Part shown: piece after piece, positions 17,411 through 24,198 of the stretch
Layout: each line of letters starts with the position of its first letter
How positions within the stretch are numbered: position 1 is the stretch's first letter
Source: Methanobacteriota archaeon
Lineage (GTDB): Archaea; Thermoplasmatota; Poseidoniia; Poseidoniales; Poseidoniaceae
DNA: 24,198 nt
NCBI GenBank assembly: GCA_018650165.1
Contig: JABIGM010000032.1
Location: 1-24,198 of the forward strand
Reading direction: 5' to 3'
The notes under the pieces: model-generated
What the model saw: only the letters and a program-made list of their open reading frames with translations
The model's database searches: none
What the model was told of the DNA's origin: nothing
Translations under genes and position numbers: made by a program

Positions 17411-18151
17411 TCAGAAGTCGCCTTCAACTCTCGGTGCTAGGAAGTATTCTACTGTCCCTGCTCCATCTGCGAAATCAAATGCTAACTTTAGAGGGAAATT
17501 CTCGCCAAATCTTAGACTGACGTTTTCGATTTTCTCAAACACTTTTGCCATTGGAGTAAGGTAGGTAAGGGAATATTGAGAACGTGCATCCTCGTTGCAG
17601 TCGATTGCAACTAATTCATCCTTTGAAAATTCTACGTTTACTGAATCTGTTGGACCTTTCACATTTACTGCAAATGCAGATTTGGTTAGAGAAAGATTGA
17701 CCAAATCTCCTACGAGTTTGGTTGCTCTGAGTGCTTTAGCAAGTTCTGAACCTGCGATTGTAACGCCACATGGCAATTCCAAGGATGGCACATTCGGTGG
17801 ATTCAGAGTTGTATTGTCGAGTGGTCGCAGATTCAAATCGATTCTGCCAATCTTGATGGTCGCTTGGCCTGATTCATCGTTGTATGCTAATTCAACCATG
17901 TCTCCTGCGCCGCCTTGGCCCAAAATACCGGTTAATTTTCGCATTTCAAGACCAAGTTGTGTCTCATCGATTTCCCATGTTTCAAATGCAGCACTATCGA
18001 CTTCCATCTTGATCATGGCAACATGTGATGGGTCAACGACCCTTACAGAAAGACCATCTTTTCCGAAGTCTAATCTTGCCTCTTCAACAACGACTCCAAG
18101 TGTATCTACAATGGTTCGCATTAGTTCTTGACGGGCTGTGACGTTCAACAT
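17411..18151 (-). CDS. pcn: DNA polymerase sliding clamp PCNA
   Basis: 246 aa; VDPSHVAMIKM, YSLTYL, FGENFPLKLAF, YFLAPR. Confidence 0.96.
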   Translation of the reverse strand: MLNVTARQELMRTIVDTLGVVVEEARLDFGKDGLSVRVVDPSHVAMIKMEVDSAAFETWEIDETQLGLEMRKLTGILGQGGAGDMVELAYNDESGQATIKIGRIDLNLRPLDNTTLNPPNVPSLELPCGVTIAGSELAKALRATKLVGDLVNLSLTKSAFAVNVKGPTDSVNVEFSKDELVAIDCNEDARSQYSLTYLTPMAKVFEKIENVSLRFGENFPLKLAFDFADGAGTVEYFLAPRVEGDF

Positions 18152-18298
18152 GAGAGCATCCCTATACTTTCTTTGCCTCTTTGGAGGCTTATGAACCTTC
18201 TAATTGTTCAGACCCCCCAAACGCACCCCTTTGAGGTAGATTAACAATTGCGCATTTCATTGAGATGGTTTCATCAAGGTGTGCGGTGTGGCCCGTAT

Positions 18299-19426
18299 AT
18301 GGCAGATATTACACCCCTGCTCAAAGAAAACGGTGAGCCGTTCAAAGTGGCGGTTCTAATTCCGACCATCAACAATGCTGATGAATTGGATATTGTGCTA
18401 GGGAGACTCTCGAAGCAAACCTATACTGATTTTGAAATTGTGATTTCTGATTCTAAGTCAAAAGACCATACGAAGGAAGTTTGTGAAAAGTATGGAGTGA
18501 CATGGATTGACGACCCGTCTCGCAATCGAGCTAATGCTTGCAACTTTGCCCTCGAACAGATGGACCATGACCTTGTATTATTCACTGATGATGATACAAT
18601 TCCCCCTTTGGATTGGGTTGAAAAATTGGTGCGTTGGTTCGACGACCCGGAAGTAGGAGCTGTCGGCGGACCTAATTTCGCCCCCGACGAAGACCCATTT
18701 GGAGCAAAGTGCGCAGATGTTGCATTTTGTACTAAATTCATGACTGCGGGGACACGCTATGGCGCTCAGCCAAAGGGAAAATTGGTTCCAATAAAGCACA
18801 ACCCTGGTGTGAATTGCGCACATAGGATGGCTAACCTTCGTGAAGTAGGTTTCTTTGAAGACGGTTGTATTGGTGCTGAAGATGTAGTACTAGACGCTAA
18901 GATTCAACGAAAGGGTCACAAGTTGTTTATCGACCCTGAGAATGTGATGCCCCACCGTAGACGTAGGCCATTTAGACCCTACATGAAGCGAATGCGAAAT
19001 TATGGATACACTCGAATGGTTGCTAACAAGCGCTGGACTGAGATCTCTGAATGGTCCCATACTGCAATCGGATTCTTCCCTTGGCTAGTTGTAGCGGCTG
19101 CAATTAGTGTGATTTACGGTGCAGTCACCGGAGGCGCTGCCGCAGAACTTTGGTTCACACTTGGTGGAGATTGGGATGTATCGAGAATTGCCTTCCACAT
19201 CCCAGTTGGATTAGCTGGAATCTACATTGCAATCTCATGGCTTGGAGCAGCGATTGGAACCAGCCCTCACAGAAGTATTGGAACGGTATTCTTAGCACCA
19301 CTATTCGTATTCCTTGCTCACTGGGCATACGGTGCTGGTGTCAACAAAGCATGGCGAGAGATTCGCCGCACTGGCGGAAGTGCCGGCGTTGGTGAACAGA
19401 TTGACGATAGAATACGTACTGCTTGA
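18299..19426 (+). CDS. Family 2 glycosyltransferase with C-terminal membrane segments
   Basis: VLIPTINN; VISDSKSKD; RANACN; FTDDD (DxD); GAEDVVL; C-terminal TM helices. Start placed at ATG 18299. Confidence 0.9.
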   Translation: MADITPLLKENGEPFKVAVLIPTINNADELDIVLGRLSKQTYTDFEIVISDSKSKDHTKEVCEKYGVTWIDDPSRNRANACNFALEQMDHDLVLFTDDDTIPPLDWVEKLVRWFDDPEVGAVGGPNFAPDEDPFGAKCADVAFCTKFMTAGTRYGAQPKGKLVPIKHNPGVNCAHRMANLREVGFFEDGCIGAEDVVLDAKIQRKGHKLFIDPENVMPHRRRRPFRPYMKRMRNYGYTRMVANKRWTEISEWSHTAIGFFPWLVVAAAISVIYGAVTGGAAAELWFTLGGDWDVSRIAFHIPVGLAGIYIAISWLGAAIGTSPHRSIGTVFLAPLFVFLAHWAYGAGVNKAWREIRRTGGSAGVGEQIDDRIRTA

Positions 19427-19460
19427 CTAAACTTAAGCAGGGCCCGGTTCAGGGCCATCC

Positions 19461-19757
19461 ATGGCGAAGTATCAGGAAGACAGATACAATTCGCCAACTT
19501 ATTCATCTGATGGAAGAGAAATTTGGTTGATGATTAGGAGTTGGATAACCCTAATTCGCGTCCTCCTTGTCATTGCAATAATCATTATTGCTGAAATCTT
19601 TGAGGAACATGAACTCCTAAACCTGTCTGTATCTGTGTGGGCAATCGTTGTAGGATTCCCCACATTTCTACTACTATCGGTTACCATTATTCAAGGTGAC
19701 AAAAGGTTCGCACCCGACCTCGAAGAAAAAAGGCGTAAGCAGATTGACAAACCTTGA
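19461..19757 (+). CDS. Small hypothetical membrane protein with two TM helices
   Basis: 98 aa, two hydrophobic segments and a basic C-tail. An AT-rich TAAACTTAAG element lies about 25-30 nt upstream. Confidence 0.7.
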   Translation: MAKYQEDRYNSPTYSSDGREIWLMIRSWITLIRVLLVIAIIIIAEIFEEHELLNLSVSVWAIVVGFPTFLLLSVTIIQGDKRFAPDLEEKRRKQIDKP

Positions 19758-19774
19758 AATCACTACACAATGAC

Positions 19775-21640
19775 TCAGCGTTCACCAGTCTGAATCTGCC
19801 ACTGACTTGCATATACTCCATTGTTAGCAAGAAGTGATTCATGATTACCGCGCTCAACGATTGCTCCATCGACCATTGAAATGATCTCCTCGGCGTTACG
19901 TATTGTCGATAATCTGTGTGCAACTGCAATTGTGGTTCTGTCTCCGCCACTTGCGATTAAGTTCTCTTGGATTCTCTTCTCTGTTTCTGCATCTAGGGCA
20001 CTTGATGCCTCATCCAAAACAAGTAGACTCGGGTTCTTTAGTAAAGCTCTAGCAAGCGAGACTCTAGCACGCTGGCCACCAGATAGTTTGGTACCTCTGT
20101 CCCCAACCATTGTCTTCAGGCCGTCTTCGAAATCTTTGACGAAATCTGCAGCACCTGCTAATTCCAATGCTGACATTATCTCTTCGTCACTGGCATCTCT
20201 GTTGTACGCTACATTCTGCTTTAGTGTACCGAAGAAGAGGAAAGGCTCTTGACTGACAAATCCCATACCGGCTCTTACTGAGTCAAGAGTCAAATCTTGT
20301 ACATCGATTCCATTAACCAATACGCGACCCTCTTGAGGCTCATAGTAGCGCATTAGCAATTTTAGAATTGTAGTTTTTCCAGCACCTGTGTGACCCATTA
20401 CACCAAGGAATTGACCTGCAGAAACTTTGAAAGAAATTCCAGCCAGAACCTTGGTTGTAGTCCCAGGATATGTAAAATGGACATCCTCAAATTCAACTGA
20501 AGTTATCGCTGCATCTAATTCAGACGCATCTGGTTTATCGGTGATATTGGGTTCTAAGTCGACTAGTGAAAACACTCTACGTGCACTCGCTTCACCTTTC
20601 TGAAGTTGATTGACTAGCATACCGAAGATGAACATAGGCATGGTCATTCTAGTAGAAATCAAAAGGAATGTTACCAGTTGCCCTGTACTAATATCTCCGG
20701 ACTTTGTCAAATAGCCACCAACGGTGACTAGTAGGCCGAAAGCAATACCTGCTATGGCATACAACCCTGGCAAGAATCTGTTTCTATCACGGCTTGCACC
20801 TATTGCTTGTTCACGGTAAATAGTTGATTCTTTGTCAACTCGATTTGCTTCCCATTCCTGTGCATTATATGCTTGAACAACTGCAATTCCTGAAATTACA
20901 TTTTCCAATACTGCTGTTATATCTCCAGTAGATTCTCTTTGCTGGCGGTATTTACGCTGAACACGTGTTGAGAAAAGATAGACTAATGGTATAATCAAAA
21001 CAAGAGGCGCGAACAATACTGCTGCCAATTTCCAACTCATTAAAGTCAGAATCAAGAAAGCTGTTCCAAAGGTAACAACTATTCTGATTATCGAGGTAGA
21101 GGCATCACTAATCACATCCTCTAACTGATTTACATCAGCAGAAAGAACGCTCATCAATTGCCCAGTTTGACGCAAGTCATAGTACGATGCTTCCATGTCT
21201 ATCAACGAACGAGTCGCATCTAATCTTAGATCGTGTTGAACCTTGTAACCAAGTGTTTGCCAACAATACTCACTAATCCCTTGGAAAACTGCAAGGCTAG
21301 CAAATCCAAGGAAAATCAGGATACCATAACCTACGGCGAGATTCTCTGTCAGTAAAGGAAATATTGATTCGTCGAGGAAATCTCTCATACTCCCAAAAAA
21401 TCCATCTGTAGTATTCCCCGAATAATAATCAACAGCGAATCCGATAAATACGAACGGTAACAAATCTGCAAACCGGGCTAGACCATTTGCTAAAATACCG
21501 GTTAGTGCTCTCTTTTTGTAGCGCATTCCATAGGGGATTACTCTCCAAATTTGTTTACCGAGTACTTCTATTTTGGACTCGTTCAAGTCCTCTGGAGTAA
21601 GGTGATCATATTGTGCAGCCCGCGCATGTCCCGCTCCCAT
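19775..21640 (-). CDS. ABC exporter, fused permease/ATPase (MsbA-like)
   Basis: TM domain followed by GHTGAGKTT, QEP, LSGGQ, LVLDEASSALD and VAHRL. ATG 21640 is preferred over GTG 21700, which would leave only 18 bp to the divergent gene. Confidence 0.93.
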   Translation of the reverse strand: MGAGHARAAQYDHLTPEDLNESKIEVLGKQIWRVIPYGMRYKKRALTGILANGLARFADLLPFVFIGFAVDYYSGNTTDGFFGSMRDFLDESIFPLLTENLAVGYGILIFLGFASLAVFQGISEYCWQTLGYKVQHDLRLDATRSLIDMEASYYDLRQTGQLMSVLSADVNQLEDVISDASTSIIRIVVTFGTAFLILTLMSWKLAAVLFAPLVLIIPLVYLFSTRVQRKYRQQRESTGDITAVLENVISGIAVVQAYNAQEWEANRVDKESTIYREQAIGASRDRNRFLPGLYAIAGIAFGLLVTVGGYLTKSGDISTGQLVTFLLISTRMTMPMFIFGMLVNQLQKGEASARRVFSLVDLEPNITDKPDASELDAAITSVEFEDVHFTYPGTTTKVLAGISFKVSAGQFLGVMGHTGAGKTTILKLLMRYYEPQEGRVLVNGIDVQDLTLDSVRAGMGFVSQEPFLFFGTLKQNVAYNRDASDEEIMSALELAGAADFVKDFEDGLKTMVGDRGTKLSGGQRARVSLARALLKNPSLLVLDEASSALDAETEKRIQENLIASGGDRTTIAVAHRLSTIRNAEEIISMVDGAIVERGNHESLLANNGVYASQWQIQTGER

Positions 21641-21718
21641 GTTTGGTCGTCTAGCACTCGGATTATGAACTTGCGTAGGATGGTAACCTTCATTCCCCAC
21701 CCAGTGTAACCTAGTAAC

Positions 21719-24198
21719 ATGCGCGCAATAGCCTTGGTCGGTCTGCTGGTTTTATCATCCTTCGTTTCAGTGGTAGCATCACAACCTCAAAACGAAGACG
21801 GTGGTACGATTGGACTGCGGAATGGAGATGTAAAAGCGACTCCTATTAGCCAAGTTCCAGCATTCCCACAGTATGGATTCTGGATGCTAACGCACGAATA
21901 TCCAATTCCTACCGAATGGGTTCACGAACTTGCAGATGCAGGCGTCGAATGCTGGTCATTCCTCCCAACATCTTCTTTCCATTGTGAACTGAGTGGTCAA
22001 ACCCCAGCAGAATTAGCAGCGCTTGATGTTGAAGGAATGGTACAGATGCCACCTTCTGCCAAATTACATCCAAAATTATTACCTGCCTTAGATGGAGAAA
22101 TAAAACAGCATATGATTATCAACGGTAGGGGAATAGTACAGCTTGTATTATCAGGTAATCAATTACCTGAAGAGATAGAATCACGAGGCGATATTACAGT
22201 GATCGACCATAGTTGGAGATGGGCCCAAGTCGAAGCCCACACCTCCGGAGTTCATTGGTTGTCCGAACAATCTGAAATTGAATGGATTGAGCCTAATTTT
22301 GAAATGTTTTTACACAACAATGAATCAGACAATGTCATTTCGGCAGATGTTTTACAATCAACATTACTGATGTCGGGAATTGATTCTTCTTGGTCCGGCC
22401 TAGATGGTTCTGGAATCGTTGTAGCAGTAGGGGACAGTGGATTGGATAATGGAGTAAATGATTCCAATATGCATCCTGATTTCCAAGACCATATTTTAGA
22501 TATCAAAAGCTATCCTTTGAAACCATCATTGCAAAGCCTAGCCAATACCCCATACAATGACGGTGCTGCAGATGTTTCAAATTGTGGCACATGTGCAAAT
22601 GGACATGGAACTCATGTTGCAGGTTCGGTTCTAGGCGATGGAACCGCATCCAGTGGAGCGATTAAGGGAATTGCGCCTGAGGCTCAATTATACATGCAGG
22701 CTCTCGAAACTTATGTTGATTGGACTACTTTTGCTGAGAGCACATATTGGTGGGCTGTTGATGGATATGGCCTTTATGGAATACCAGATGACCTGAATCA
22801 AATGTTTGATGAAGCCGCAGAAAATGGAACTAATATCCATACAAATTCATGGGGCTCAAATGTCTATGGAGAATATTCTGCTAAATCCATGCAAGCAGAT
22901 TTTTCATCATGGAACCACACTGGTATGCTGATCTTATTTTCGGCAGGCAATAGTGGTGAAGATGTAAACTCCGATGGTGAAATCGATGCTGATAGTATTG
23001 GTGCACCTGCAACAGCAAAGAATGTATTTACCATTGGAGCATCGGAAAATGACAGACCTACAATCTCTGCAACTTGGTCTGGGTGGGGATACTCAAGCAA
23101 CCCGCTGAGTGGCGATAAAGCCGCTAATAATTCTGAAGGAATGGCTGCATTTTCAAGTCGTGGACCTACTGATGATGGTAGACAAAAACCTGAACTTTCG
23201 GCACCTGGAACATTCATACTTTCTTCAAGAAGCCGTTCGACTTCGGCAAGTGGTTGGGGTACATTTGATTCTAATTATGTTTACATGGGAGGCACATCAA
23301 TGGCCACCCCAATCACCGCTGGTGCTTCAGCGCTAATCTATCAGCACATGTTTGATAATCTAGCCTACACAACACCAACTAGTGCTCTGGTTAAAGGAAT
23401 ACTATCAACATCTTCACATGATATGGCCGGACAATATGGCTCGGCCACTAATGGTGCTGGAGAAATTGCGCCAAATAATCATGAAGGATATGGTTTACTT
23501 GATTTAGATAGGGCTGTAAATTCATCATTTATCGATAATGAATCCGTGGGAACCGGTGATACAATAGGGTACAGGTTCACCGTTCCAGCATCCGCTCCAG
23601 ATTTGCGATTGATGCTATCATATACTGATTATCCAAGTACTGCAGCAGCAAGTACAAACCTGGTCAATGACCTTGATTTTGCATTGAAAGACCCTAGTGG
23701 TAACTGGGTAGAGTATGGCAATAATATCGACAACATGTATGGTACAACGATTTCATCTCCTACCCAAGGAATATGGGAAGTTCATATCAACGGAAGTAGT
23801 GTTCCAAATGGTCCACAACATTTTGCTTTCGTTTTGGACTCCCCTTACGCTATGTCTAATCTTTCTAGCGATACTGATGGTGATGGTTTCGACGATGATG
23901 ATGATGACTGCCCCTCAGTTGCTGGAAGTTCAACTGTAGATTTAGCCGGCTGTCCTGATTCAGATAGTGATGGCTGGTCCGATACAGGAGATGCGTTTCC
24001 TAGCGAGCCTACTCAGTGGGAAGATGATGATGGAGATGGATACGGTGACAATCAGGCAGGAACTTCGCCAGATAGTTGTGTTTCTTTAGCTGGAACTTCA
24101 ACTGCAGACCGCCTCGGTTGCGTTGATTCGGATTCTGATACTTGGTCTAACCCTGATGGACTATGGGGTATTGCAAATGGCGCTGACTCTTGTGAAAA
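21719..24198 (+). CDS. Secreted S8 subtilisin-like serine protease (KP-43-like) with C-terminal TSP3-like repeats, 3'-truncated
   Basis: Absent from the ORF track because there is no stop in the window. Hand translation is open from ATG 21719: signal peptide MRAIALVGLLVLSSFVSVVA; Asp motif VAVGDSG (22433); His motif GHGTHVAG (22604); FSAGNSG; APATAKN; FSSRGPTDDGRQKP; Ser motif GTSMATP (23297); NLVNDLD beta-domain; DxDxDG repeats from ~23870. Confidence 0.95.
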   Translation, partial: MRAIALVGLLVLSSFVSVVASQPQNEDGGTIGLRNGDVKATPISQVPAFPQYGFWMLTHEYPIPTEWVHELADAGVECWSFLPTSSFHCELSGQTPAELAALDVEGMVQMPPSAKLHPKLLPALDGEIKQHMIINGRGIVQLVLSGNQLPEEIESRGDITVIDHSWRWAQVEAHTSGVHWLSEQSEIEWIEPNFEMFLHNNESDNVISADVLQSTLLMSGIDSSWSGLDGSGIVVAVGDSGLDNGVNDSNMHPDFQDHILDIKSYPLKPSLQSLANTPYNDGAADVSNCGTCANGHGTHVAGSVLGDGTASSGAIKGIAPEAQLYMQALETYVDWTTFAESTYWWAVDGYGLYGIPDDLNQMFDEAAENGTNIHTNSWGSNVYGEYSAKSMQADFSSWNHTGMLILFSAGNSGEDVNSDGEIDADSIGAPATAKNVFTIGASENDRPTISATWSGWGYSSNPLSGDKAANNSEGMAAFSSRGPTDDGRQKPELSAPGTFILSSRSRSTSASGWGTFDSNYVYMGGTSMATPITAGASALIYQHMFDNLAYTTPTSALVKGILSTSSHDMAGQYGSATNGAGEIAPNNHEGYGLLDLDRAVNSSFIDNESVGTGDTIGYRFTVPASAPDLRLMLSYTDYPSTAAASTNLVNDLDFALKDPSGNWVEYGNNIDNMYGTTISSPTQGIWEVHINGSSVPNGPQHFAFVLDSPYAMSNLSSDTDGDGFDDDDDDCPSVAGSSTVDLAGCPDSDSDGWSDTGDAFPSEPTQWEDDDGDGYGDNQAGTSPDSCVSLAGTSTADRLGCVDSDSDTWSNPDGLWGIANGADSCE

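Noticed and set aside
15636-18131. Alternative-strand ORFs over nop5, flpA and pcn (e.g. 16483-16821, 17595-18131)
   Set aside because: Fully nested opposite well-conserved genes, with no independent support.
18212-18230. C-rich tract (G-rich on the minus strand) as a G-quadruplex
   Set aside because: Only two G runs.
18208-18277. Possible box C/D sRNA on the minus strand (TTGATGA ... CTGA), near nop5-flpA
   Set aside because: The 70-nt span is long for an archaeal sRNA, there is no convincing C' box or terminal stem, and it lies in a divergent promoter region. A guide-versus-rRNA complementarity search could revive it.
1-24198. CRISPR arrays, tRNA/rRNA genes, transposases, integrases, defence systems
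   Set aside because: None seen by eye; all repeats found are in-frame coding repeats or short intergenic motifs.

Overview
A gene-dense window of an archaeal chromosome. PCNA, TFS, Nop5 and fibrillarin establish it as archaeal. The large Ig/thrombospondin-repeat surface proteins, the KP-43-like subtilase and several bacterial-type genes suggest Marine Group II (Ca. Poseidoniales, Thermoplasmatota); that assignment is inference. Gene order: a 5'-truncated giant surface protein (five Ig-like domains, Cys/Asp-rich 40-aa repeats, one TM helix, coiled coil, C-terminal helix-hairpin-helix domain), then MscS, LysE, a fused B12-dependent isobutyryl-CoA mutase (IcmF), Nnr, an ABC-F ATPase, an unlisted 53-aa ORF, a second LysE, MutM, two SCO paralogues, TFS, Nop5, fibrillarin, PCNA, a GT2 glycosyltransferase, a small membrane protein, an ABC exporter, and a 3'-truncated S8 protease that is absent from the ORF track. 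I found no tRNA, rRNA, CRISPR array or mobile element. The most interesting items are the unlisted small ORF with weak histone-fold resemblance and its own promoter, the membrane-spanning adhesin/coiled-coil/HhH protein coupled to MscS, and bacterial-type IcmF and ABC-F genes in an archaeon. No searches were run; family calls rest on motifs I recognised by eye.
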